From Octopus vulgaris (taxonomy: Eukaryota), in contig OX597816.1 in assembly GCA_951406725.2 (NCBI GenBank), positions 35,712,001 through 35,776,000 on the forward strand: DNA of 64,000 nt, read 5' to 3'. Position numbers and translations under genes: made by a program. This document shows, in pieces, positions 53,331 to 64,000 of the stretch. The notes under the pieces are model-generated. The model did not search any database and had not been told where the DNA came from. It saw nothing but the letters and a program-made list of their open reading frames with translations. Every line of letters begins with the position of its first letter. The stretch's first letter is position 1.

Positions 53331-56300
53331 TGAGATTTTAATAAATGCTTTCCTAGTTGGAAAGTAGAAATAATAATAATTATCCAGCTGGGCAAATATT
53401 TTCACCCAGCTTGCATTAAGACTTTATTAATCACCTCCTTGTTGCGATAAAGATTTTTATTCGACATTTTCGTCTCCAGAGAAAATTCAACTTTAGAATG
53501 TGTGCTTAGGCGCGCGCGTGAGTGTGTGTGTGTGTGTATTATTTATCAAATGTGCATTTGTACTTCTCTTGATTGTATCCCCAATTTCTGTCAGTTTTCA
53601 AAGTGGTTACATTTCCGTTCATGTGATTCACGCTTCTATAGTTAGACTTCTAATATAAGATGATTACTTTCCCTTGTGATTTCTTTCTCTTTCTACTTAT
53701 ACACCCACTGATAAATTTTATTTCAGTTTCACTATCTGCATTCAATGTATCCAACACCACAAATAATTATTTCTTTCCTCCCAAATTGTATCAAGTTCAA
53801 GACGATTATCTTTTCTTGATCAGCGCAATATAATTTATTACCCTAAGTAAACAAATTTTAAAAGTACATCTAATTGTGAACCGACAGAGGGAGCCCTATA
53901 CAGTCATTCGACCTGCTGATTATAGCAATCAGTCGTCTCTCAAATTTGACAGCATGTTCAATAATATAGTCGTAAATATACTGAGAATAATAGAAACGAA
54001 TGTATTCTCAGTTGCATGCTGTTCATTATAGCTCAAGCCCACAGTAGATACAACATACGTAACTTCGATTGATATCCCTCACATTCACCACCATCACCAT
54101 CATTATTATCGTTATCTTCTTATTCAGCTTTAGTCGTTGAATGAGACTAAATTAAATTGTAATGTTATAAATGATTATCACTGCGTACATTCCGGTTCAC
54201 AGTATTCTGGATTTATCCCTACTAATTATTTTGTATTGATTTTTAAAAATAAAATGAGACCTGGTTGAATCACAAAACGCTGACAACGCTTTTGAAAGGT
54301 GTTAACCATGTTATTGTATCAAAGGAACTGAGAAAACTGTATAGACGTCACTTACTGTAATTTCCTTTAAAATTCTTTAGAGCCCATTATAAATGGCTTT
54401 AAACACTTTCAATTTAGACGTTAGCATATCTAGCTTTATCATTCGGTACTTGCACGATTAAAGTGTTGCAACACTAACCACGCTACCTGCTTGCATATCA
54501 GAGACATTTCAGCATCGTCTATGTCATCATCTTTGACTTGCTCGTGACTTTCTAGATATTTACTGTCTGATATTTTTCTCTTATTTGACAGGTCCACTGC
54601 TTTGATAGCCATCAACACCTGGAAAGAAAGCTCGATGGCCCTTCCCTTGCAACCGTATATTATGAACTGCAATTAATATGTCACGTTAAATATATACAAC
54701 TGAGCACAATCTGTATAGCGTTTATTAAAATCTCACATCTGCAGCGTATCAACTTTGTCTGAAAAGAGCATCTGATATTGGTAACCTAGCATTGGGATTT
54801 GACGTGACAATGACAATTTCAGATACGTTCCAATTTATTTTGCATTATATATGAAAATTGTTTTATCACAAAGTACGTGTAATTTTCAGAAATGTACAAA
54901 GTTGTTGTGATTGGCAGACACCATTTAAACCTTTAAGCAACATGGAAACTTTGTTCTAACGTGACATTTTGGAGAACAATTGATCCAGATTTTCGTGAAT
55001 CGTATGAGATATTTTGTCATGACGCTTGCAATAATAATTTCAAAATAATGTTCATTTAGTATGAGGATGTGATCTGCAGACACTGAATAGGAGCTGTGTT
55101 TAATGGCACGTAAAAAAATTAAATTAAAGAAGGGTTCTGTGACAATCAGGTCATCATGCAATCAATGGTGTCATTAATGAGTCATGAGCAAATATTTCTA
55201 GACATTAATGGCTAATTAACCCAAATCGCATTAGTGGTAGAAACGGCATCGCCATTGTATATTGTTCTGTTAACCTACTGAATGTTACATGTGATTAAGA
55301 TAAGTGGCCAGGTGGAGTCGAGCTAATACAAGTGGGCAGATGAACAGATAGATAAACGTTGTAAATCAAACACAATGATATTAGCCAATCATTAGGCTAG
55401 TATTTAAAGTGGGTTTGTAGATAAGATTCTTCATTTTCTATAATTTGAAACGCATTGGTATAAACCATAGTAATTCTGACCGGATATTTTACACGATGCT
55501 TTCAAGGACAGCAAATTAATGTATATATATATATATCTTAGAACAATCATATCGCGGTTTGCTTGGTTGTCTTAGATGGCTCAGGGCAGAATTGAAACTC
55601 AGTCGGAATGTTGAATTCAACACGTTCTTCCACGCGAGAAAGTAAGCTGAGCACTATGGAAAAAGAGAAACACCATCCATCATTCTATGCTTCTCGGTGA
55701 TAAATACACCTAGTTTTAATATTTTGTAGTTTTAATAATTTGTAGGGGGAGTCCACAAAATACGTTCACTTTGTATTCAAACATTCGTCTTGATTGACCT
55801 GACTTCCGTTATACAGTTTCTTTCTCTCTTATTTATTATTTCAATTTATTTATGACTTGCCAATAGGATATAAGGCTTGCCTTACAACTAATAATTGTTC
55901 TTATACATGTAAGAGCTTTGATGGATATATGATATCTATACTAGAATATGTAAATTCTTAATGATTTCATGCATTCTAAGAAAACTGCATAGTAATAGTA
56001 ATGGTGATATTCAAGCGAGCATTTACTCCTTGCAGTTATGTAGTTAATAATAATTCTATCTGCTCTAAATATTGAGAGTGAGTGGATGTAAGTTTGTGAG
56101 TAGAAATTAGGGTACCATTCGTTGAAACGAAATATATAATCTCAACAATTCAAACTAGATATATTTAACTCATTACGAAATAACTCCGAAACAAGAGAAA
56201 CAAGAGGGAGTTGGTATATGCAAATATTGCCTTGTCCATTATGTATTACCAATTTGATATTATGTATCTCTAAGGAATTTAGCTTCTTGAAGATATTTCT

Positions 56301-56470
56301 CAGCAGCTAATATAAAATTCGGCCATGTATGATTCGCTCGTATATTCATCATTTAACATGATCCGTTGTCGTTCAGCATTAGTCTTCTGCATTTTATGTG
56401 TGTATTGCTAAAATATATCCGTATCTCTACCTACTGTGAGATGCACACACACATATAAAGAAGATACGCT

Positions 56471-56525
<55 letters not shown>

Positions 56526-56547
56526 ATTATTATTTTTTTTTTTAGTA

Positions 56548-56742
56548 TGTGACCTCGTCTGTATCACTAGCGATTTTTTTCTCTGTCTTCCCTTCTCGAG
56601 ATCTTTCCTTCTCCTATGTTTCCGACGAAGAGCTCCGCTCGAAACGTCAAACTCTCCTTCTTCTTTTCTTTCCTCAGCGTCCAATAATACTTTATTTGTT
56701 CCACGTCTTTGCGTTGTTGTCTTTTTCTTTTCTTGTTTTGAT

Positions 56743-56746
<4 letters not shown>
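56548..56746 (+). mobile_element. Solo PLE pLTR between microsatellites; hammerhead at 56618-56652
   Basis: Homologous to the reverse complement of 41780-41980; GTTT-CCGACGA-A-GAGC-TCC-GCTC-GAAAC-GTC-AAAC. Confidence 0.78.
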
Positions 56747-56779
<33 letters not shown>

Positions 56780-56780
<1 letters not shown>

Positions 56781-57487
56781 CATTATATAAAAGGGCTTAG
56801 TAAAATAAATTACTTTGCCACATACTGAACTCATTAGAAATAGCAGCCAAAAAAAAGTTTTTTAGCCATTTCTAATACTTAAAGAAAATTTCTCTCAGAT
56901 AGTGTTTACTCAAAATAACTCACGAAGGTATGGGGGTAAAAACATTAAAAAATCACAAGTGCAAAGGTTATTTGAGAACGTACGTTTCTAGATCAGCCAA
57001 ATACAATTCGACATTTCTTTCGTCAGCTCAAAATTCCTTAATTCGGATTTGGGAACACTGAAAGTAGGAGCATACCCTTTTGGCGTCTTTTCACCTCAGA
57101 AGATTCGTTCAAACTAACAGTGTCAACAAATTCAAAATATGCAAGCGAAGAATTTCTGTCGAATTGTATTTGGCTGATCTAGAAACGTACGTTCTCAAAT
57201 AACCTTTGCACTTGTGATTTTTTAATGTTTTTACCCCCATACCTTCGTGAGTTATTTTGAGTAAACACTATCTGAGAGAAATTTTCTTTAAGTATTAGAA
57301 ATGGCTAAAAAACTTTTTTTTTTTGCTGCTATTTCTAATGAGTTCAGTATGTGGCAAAGTAATTTATTTTACTAAGCCCTTTTATATAATGTAATATTTT
57401 GAATTCGCCTTAAATGGTCCCTTTACATACTGAATACTTGGTGAAATTGATTAATAATTAATTAATTTTACCCTCAATTGTTGAAAT

Positions 57488-57488
<1 letters not shown>
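56780..57488. mobile_element. Young PLE relic: ~235-bp near-perfect inverted repeat (56780-57013 / 57157-57392) plus tail, in (TA)n
   Basis: The arms differ only around one A/T homopolymer. Spacer is 143 nt, and a 96-nt tail follows the right arm. Confidence 0.85.
56971..57032 (-). ncRNA. Type-I hammerhead ribozyme motif, canonical core
   Basis: TTTGAG-CTGACGA-[AAGAAAT-GTCGAAT-TGT-ATTTGGC-TGATCTA]-GAAAC-GTAC-GTT-CTCAAA; 6-bp stem I and palindromic stem III ACGTACGT. Confidence 0.8.
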
Positions 57489-57538
<50 letters not shown>

Positions 57539-57577
57539 GTGTGTGTGCACGCGTACGTGCGAGCATGTGTGTGTGTT

Positions 57578-57778
57578 AAATAAAATTAGACAACAAAGCC
57601 AAGTCTGTGAGGAGATTTCAGGGCTATAAAGAGAAAGTTAGTCTTAAAGCTGTTTCTGGGATAGGGAGTATATAGGGAAACAGGAGAATGAATATAGAAA
57701 TTTAAAAAATTGTATAAAGAAGTTATAGTTGCATATTTATACATTTTTCTACCTTCATTCTCTTATTTCCCTATATAG
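57578..57778. mobile_element. Older inverted-repeat PLE-like relic
   Basis: Imperfect inverted repeat ~57668-57717 / 57734-57777. The minus strand carries a hammerhead 3' half, GAAACAGCTTTA-AGAC (57641-57656). Confidence 0.5.
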
Positions 57779-57780
57779 TC

Positions 57781-58185
57781 TTCTTTTTAAATGTTTCAGC
57801 TGCAAAGTTGTGGTCATGCTGGAGCACCACCATTGACTGAGCTACACCATTATTTTGAACCTCCTCTAATATGTTGCACTTGGTCAATGAGGGACTTTGA
57901 TGCTGCTGCCCTCATCAGTGTTTCCTGCCGTGAGGTAGGCTCGTCTGGAACCCGTAACAGGTAGAGATCCAGTTTTGTTTTAAAAACACTTACATCCACA
58001 CTATTCAGGTCTCTCAGGCATTTTGGAAGGATATTAAAGTGCTGTGAGCCCTTGAAGCCCAATCTGTTGCAGTATATGGTCCTATATTTTGATGGTGATG
58101 CTGGGATCTTTGGCACTATACAGTGGCGCCCCGTTCTGCAGTTTGAATAACTTCCAATGCCAAAGTTTGGTACAAGGCTGTCTAT
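57781..58185 (-). mobile_element. 3' end of a CR1-group LINE
   Basis: 'LVPNFGI...RTGRHCIVPKIP..KGSQHFNILPKCLRDL..VFKTKLDLYLLRVPDEP..RAAASKSLIDQV*', followed by a short 3' UTR. Confidence 0.8.
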
Positions 58186-58364
58186 GCATAATGCCGCATA
58201 TACAGTAGCCCAGTATTTTTGCTTGAGGACCCGAAAAGTGAACAGAACTTACGTAACAAGAAAAATATTTCCAACCTTTCATTTGAAATCTTATGATCAG
58301 CCAATAAGAAACATGAAGTATATGTCAGCAATCCAAAATATAGCTGTATATTAAAAAGATACAA

Positions 58365-58868
58365 GCCGTTGAGCTCACATAATTTTTAGTATGCTTAGCA
58401 AAATGTATAGCGAATTTCCTCAACATTTACGTTCTGATTTCAAATTCCACCAAGATCGACATTGCTTATGCTATCGTGGTCGATAAAACAAGAACCATTT
58501 CAGCACTTGGGTTGATGTATTCGAATTACCGCCTTACCCGAAATTGCCAGCCTTGTTCCTTCTCGAGCCACACCTGGCTCATTGGGGCAGATTTCCCGGT
58601 TTCTTGGCGTATAGGTTCTCCACCTGAACGGGACGCTGGCCCGTCGCAGATGACCTGCAAGATGCAGGAAGAATGGGTGAACGAAAGTTGAGGTGAAAGA
58701 GTCAGCAGAAGTTCGCCATTACCTTCTGTCGAAACCGCGTGGACCTTAGGTGTTTAGCTCATAAACACACACATCCCCGGTCTGAGATTCGAACCCATAA
58801 TCCCTCGACCGCGAGTCCACTGCTCTAACCACTAGGCCATGTGCTTTCAAAATGTGAAACTAATATAA
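58365..58868 (+). mobile_element. Diverged Nin-domain-like SINE split by a nested SINE
   Basis: TTTACGTTCTGATTTCAAATTCC..GTCGATAAA..GCCTTGT, interrupted, then resuming AAAATGTGAAACTAATAT at ~58848. Confidence 0.65.
58556..58845 (-). mobile_element. tRNA-derived Meta-domain-like SINE
   Basis: Minus strand: TGGCCTAGTGGTTAGAGC (A box), GGTTCGAATCTC (B box), and CTGCGACGGGCCAGCGTCCCGTTCAGG..GAAACCGGG..ATGAGCC. Confidence 0.8.
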
Positions 58869-59053
58869 TACACTAGACTACCTGTGATCCGTTGTGTCAC
58901 CAATAATTCAAGGTACCGGGAAAGGCTGAGTTTCCCAGCAACATAGTTTGTTCAATGTTTTTTCTTTTCTTTTCGAGGTTATTTCGCATGATTTCAACGA
59001 TTGTCTCATCGAAATGATGCGTAAACCGCTCCTTTCCCTAGAAAAGGAAAGAA

Positions 59054-59160
59054 TTGGCTGCTATTTCTTGCACACTCTGCTACCACGTAACAAGTATTTC
59101 GGGTGCTTTATCGCAAATAGCTTTTACGTAGTAGCAGGGCGTGCTAGAAATAGCAGCCAA
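59054..59160. repeat. 37-bp inverted repeat / MITE-like hairpin
   Basis: 59054-59090 versus 59124-59160, 4 mismatches, 33-nt loop. Confidence 0.8.
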
Positions 59161-60453
59161 ATATTTGGAGGGGAGATACGTTGAATGCACTCGAAAGAAA
59201 CATGTGGAAAAAAAACTATTTCACACCGAGGTTACGAACGGGTCTATTACGAAATATTTTCCGTACTTTTAAAGTCGTTTTCACTTGAAAATGTCCTATC
59301 CATCAGAAAATGTGTCTAATATTAAGGTTAGAGTTTCTAATATTAAGGTTAGAGTTTTTAAGTCACTTTCAAACATTTTCTGTAGGTCTGTATCAGAGAA
59401 CGGGTCGAACCTGTGCAATAAATGTGTTGACGTCTCCTGAAATGTCTTCAAAATTAATTTACCTCTTTTACTTGTAATCAATTACAAGGATGCTGATAAT
59501 ATAAAGTGATTATCTCTGTTGAGCTATACTGTCACGGGTAAATATCACTACGGGATATGAAAATGTATTATGGAACCTTTGAAAGAACGTTACTTAACTT
59601 CGTCATTTGAATCTGTTTTTTTTTTCAATACCGATACTAAATAGATTATAATGCGACTGCAAATTATCCTTGGAATGAACAAATTTTCTCAATACTGATA
59701 CTAAATAAATTGCAATGCAATCCTTTGTTTATCAAGCAGTCTTTTGTTTCTGAACATTAAAGCAATCATTATGGCGCATGTCACATATGATTAGTGTCTT
59801 ACATTTGCACGACTTTGGCAGAATCATACCAGTCGCTCTCCTTGCTTTCAAGAATCAGAGCTTCTTGCTAGAGTCAGTAACATTGTTGACCTCCCACAGT
59901 AACTGTACAGGGTTTCGAACAGCAGGTGGTTATTTCACAAGAAAATATCACTATCTTGACCATATATAATCAAAACAAAGAAAAAATTAATTTGCTCACA
60001 CTGTTTTAATCATAAAACGCGTCAACAATATAATTTTCATGGAGTTAATATTCGACCATAAAGACAGCCAAGCGCCATAAGGATGCCAGAAAGGGCATAT
60101 GAATACAACTGAAGAAGAATATGAAGAATGGAACAGTACGCTGCTTACCATTAGTGTTATGCAAAAATTTGCAGACTTTATGTTAAAATTTGTCTGATCG
60201 AGAAATTTGAGGCATATTAAATTTATAATAGTGTTTGCAAAAAGAGCGAATCATAAAAGTCGGTTTCTGCTACAAATAAAAAACAAAAATAGATGGTTTT
60301 CTCAATTTGATTTGATTTTGCGCTAGAACGTTTTATACAATTTTAAGATGAGCAATTGTCAAATGTGTCTACTTCTGTATTCTGTATACAAAAACTAAAT
60401 TGCGATAATATGTATGTTTGCATGCATGTTATGTGTGTATATATATATGTATG

Positions 60454-60490
<37 letters not shown>

Positions 60491-60497
<7 letters not shown>

Positions 60498-60626
60498 GAA
60501 ATGAGGTAATCAGAAGATCGGATGGTTCATATTTACAGATATTTATTTATATATTACATTTTTTACATATATATATCATATCATTCAGATCATTAGCGCT
60601 TTCTCCCATTCTAGTGGAGTTTTCAA
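60491..60626 (-). mobile_element. Short PLE tail relic starting at a U3-A8 hammerhead core (60591-60626)
   Basis: Minus strand TTGAAAA-C-TCCA-CTAGAA-TGGGA-GAAAGCGCTA-ATG with palindromic stem III AGCGCT; sits between TA arrays. Confidence 0.55.
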
Positions 60627-60733
60627 AAAAAAAAAAAATATATATATATATTGTTACATATATATGTATATATATATATATATTGTTATATATATATATA
60701 TTGTTATATATATATAGTTATATATATATATTG

Positions 60734-60773
<40 letters not shown>

Positions 60774-60832
60774 ATATTTCGGAATGGTCATTTTGCCAGT
60801 TTAGCCAATAAATATATAAATATATATATTAA

Positions 60833-60884
<52 letters not shown>

Positions 60885-60895
60885 ATAACAATAAT

Positions 60896-61092
60896 AATTC
60901 TTCAGCAGAAATCACGCTTTCACAGGCCAATTCAAAGAGTTGTTAGCTAATTTTTCGTTAGCTTCAGATTAGCGTAAAACGGTTCTACTTCTTTCTTGAT
61001 TAAAGATTAAATTACGAAAGCTTACACATTCATTCAATTATCGTTGACAAATTTATAACACCCTAAAAGTTACAATGTATGTTGTTCCAATG

Positions 61093-61141
<49 letters not shown>

Positions 61142-61740
61142 CTCTGTGTCTCTCTACCTTTCTACTACCACTCTCTCTGTGTCTCCTCACTCTCTCTCTA
61201 GCACTTTCTTAGCTACTCTTGAACATTACAAGTTGATATCGTAAAATTCTTCAGCCGAAATCGCACTTTTACATATCAATACAAGCAGTAAGTTTTGGTT
61301 TTTAGTTTACATTCAGATAAACATAAGACGCTTCTCCATTCTTTCTTAAAGATTGAATACCTAACACTTACACATTTATTCACTCATAGTCATATGAAAG
61401 TTAGCTCTCTGAATCACCCTGACTGTTACAATACTGAATCAATTGTTAAACGCACATGTATCCCCCCTCTCTCACTTTCCCTTTTCCCCCTCTTCCTTTT
61501 ACCACCGCTCTCTCTATGTCAAGATTACTTGTTGACAAAGTAAAATGCTCCAATCGAAATCACACTTTCACAGGCGAATCCAAACAGATTCAGATTAACT
61601 CAAAACGTTTCTCCTTCCTTTTTGCTTAAAGCTTAAATTCCTAAAACTTACACTTTTATTAATTAATAGTCATATGAAAGTTAGCTACCAAGAACACCCT
61701 GACTGCTACAATGCTGAACCTATTGTTGAAAGCACACGAA

Positions 61741-61786
<46 letters not shown>

Positions 61787-62050
61787 ACTTCTCATCTCTC
61801 TCCCTTTTATCTCCACATCTTTCTCTCTCTCTCTCTCCCACTATATTTTTTACCACCACTGTCTCTATGTCTCTTTCTTTCTCTTTCCTTCTCTCCCTCT
61901 ATCATTTTCTTCACTACTTTTGAAGATCACTTGTTATCGTAAAATTCTTCAGCCGAAATCACATTTTAACAGACCAATTCAAACAGTAGGCTAGTTTTTC
62001 TTTTGATTCAGATTATTGCTTATCCTTCCTTCTTTGGTTAAATCTTAAAT
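60896..62050 (+). repeat. Tandem array of ~300-400-bp diverged units with internal CT-rich tracts
   Basis: The unit head AATTCTTCAGC.GAAATCAC..TT..ACAG recurs at ~60896, 61244, 61543 and 61942 (last unit partial). Confidence 0.85.
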
Positions 62051-62389
62051 TTACAGCTGGGCGTTGAGGAACACCGCAGTAGACACCTTCTCTCGGTGGT
62101 GATGCGCTCGCCATTTCCACACCCTCTAACATCTATCCTGATGTACAATATCTACCTACCAAACCTTTGTGTTCAAAAACAATTCCTAAACAGTATTCCT
62201 ACTCTCCCTGTGAATATGAATGCATTATACTGAACTTTTGTTAAATAGCTTCCTCCCCTCCCTAGTTCATCTTCCTTTTCTTTTCTTTTATCTCATTTTC
62301 TGCCTCTCTTATAAATATATCTCTTTTACTAGTTTTTTAAAAATACTTTTAAAATTTTATTTATTTATTTATTTATTTATTTCTGATAA

Positions 62390-64000
62390 TTCCGGGTTGG
62401 TGAAGGGAGCTTAGCGCTCATCACTTATAAAATGTTCCAATGGATTGCGCAAGAACTCTCATCTGACAGTCAAGCCCGAATCCTTCGCCAAACCAACAGG
62501 CGAAGAATGGGAAAATATAAGTATATGGCAACTTCAGTTAACCAGTGTTACGGATAGGCTGCACTCATTAGCCTTGGATTGCAAACAGCCTTGGAGAAGG
62601 GAGCCTCTGAGACCAAAACCTTGAGAGCAAGGCCCCTGCCGCCTTGGTGGACTACTTTTATAGATATGTTGTCTCGATAAAAATACCTGTTGGTACTAAC
62701 CTAAAAGCACACTTCATTTGTGAGAGAAAATGTCAAGCAAAATAGACGACGTTAACAGTGAAGGTTCCGCACCCGTCAGGTACCCAACTTTGCAGCAGGG
62801 TGAGCCCGGTCGTAATGCAGCATCTGCTAGCCATGCAAGAAGACACAAGTGGAGTAAACAAGTAAGCATGATGGGTATAGAGTGTTACTACCAGGGCACC
62901 CCAGTAGATGCGAATAATGAGCCTGTCAGAGGGTACAGAAAACGAATGCCCAGGGAATCGAAGACAATGGAACTGTTTAAAATTAATGAACAGATATTAT
63001 GTGACCAAGTAAGAGCAATACGAAAGAATGGATGGCTAGCAGAACCGGAGCTAGAAGTTATTAAAAGAGGGCTATCGGGTGATGCTGGGCAGGCGAGAAA
63101 CGAAAGTGGTATAGTGGAAGTGATGGACAGTTGTTCGAAAGAAAATATTGCCGTGAATTATTAAAGAACTGAGATCAGTGACAACTCAGACAATGACAAT
63201 CAATTAATAATAGACAGAAGTTTTGATCTATTAAATACAGATCGGACAGAATCTATGTGTGACTTTAAAATAGCTAATCAAGAGGTGAGTGATCTCAATA
63301 ATGTATTGAGACACATTGAAACAAAGAATATTACATAAACAAATAATATTATCTAGGCTGCTGGTAGGACTGTGGCGAAAAGAATGGTTTTGAAAACTGC
63401 TGAGAATAGAACAGCGACGGATAGGAGAGGAAATAAACAATCGTGTTGGAAAAGGAGACTTTTTGAAGACATAATCTCCTTGAACATTGCAGTATCAATA
63501 CTTTTTAGGAAAAGAAATGGAGAACGTAAGAATGAATGGGAATCCTGAAAATTTAGGAAGAAGGACTGTGTAGATACAGAAGGCCTGGATATTGTAATTG
63601 AAGAAATGTAGTAACGCATACATGCAAAAAAAAAGAGGGAGAGAGAGAGACAGAGAGAGAGAGGGAACTAGGTTTAAACAACGGATTAAGCAATACCAGC
63701 AAAACATTGTTTAGAACCGACTAAAAAAGATTTCAACAAGAAATTAATGTTGATAAAAACGTGATGCTGTTGCTGATAAATACTTTTCTGTGGAAAGATA
63801 TGGAGTAAACAAGAATACGATAATACTACAGCTGAATGGCTGTGCAGCCTGAAACAAACAGCTTCTTATCCCTAGCAAGTAATTATCCACTTCACAGGAG
63901 ATAGTATCAGAAATATGAGTTAAAATTTAAGAAATTGGAAAGCAGTAGGACTTCATGGTGTACAGGGATTTTGCATTAAAAATGTTTAGTAGATGCCATG
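62390..64000 (+). mobile_element. 5' part of a decayed R4/Dong-clade retrotransposon (5' UTR plus ORF start), running off the window
   Basis: ORF 62730-63164 has 'RRHKWSK...IECYY...P...RGYRKRM...EQILCDQVRAIRKNGWL..ELEVIKR' (R4 N-terminus). Downstream broken frames give 'QYQQN.LFRTD', 'IWS...AEWL' and 'KNWKAVGLHGVQGF'. A (TTTA)n tract lies just upstream. Confidence 0.82.

Noticed and set aside
58770-58845. tRNA gene
   Set aside because: A and B boxes are present, but the acceptor stem is incomplete and the sequence continues into a SINE body.
60896-62050. CRISPR-like repeat-spacer array
   Set aside because: Units are long and diverged, spacers are microsatellites, the context is eukaryotic, and there are no cas genes.

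Overview
This is AT-rich, microsatellite-saturated eukaryotic DNA. The SINE families and repeat landscape look cephalopod (Octopus-like); that is an inference, not a database match. Only one host protein gene is supportable: a class-A peptide-receptor-like GPCR with an uninterrupted CDS (37398-38516, minus strand) and a spliced 5' UTR. Most ORFs in the supplied track are read-through of (TA)n, (ATT)n or (CA)n arrays. The rest of the window is retroelement debris. (1) Many Penelope-like element (PLE) relics sit in (TA)n arrays, including two GIY-YIG endonuclease ORFs. About 12 minimal type-I hammerhead-ribozyme motifs from roughly nine unrelated sequence families were read by eye. Three show compensatory changes of the core 3-8 pair, and several lie in tail-out inverted repeats whose junctions fall at or near the ribozyme. 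(2) A ~11 kb same-strand pile-up of R4/Dong-type REL retrotransposon fragments separated by (TAA)n arrays, plus the 5' part of another R4 copy at the right edge. (3) Three tRNA-derived SINE families, one of which shares its 3' tail with a CR1-like LINE in the same window. (4) RTE and mariner relics. PLE hammerheads are a known class; their density, variant cores and junction geometry here are the main leads. Repeat boundaries are approximate (about +/-10-20 nt) and all alignments and folds were done manually.
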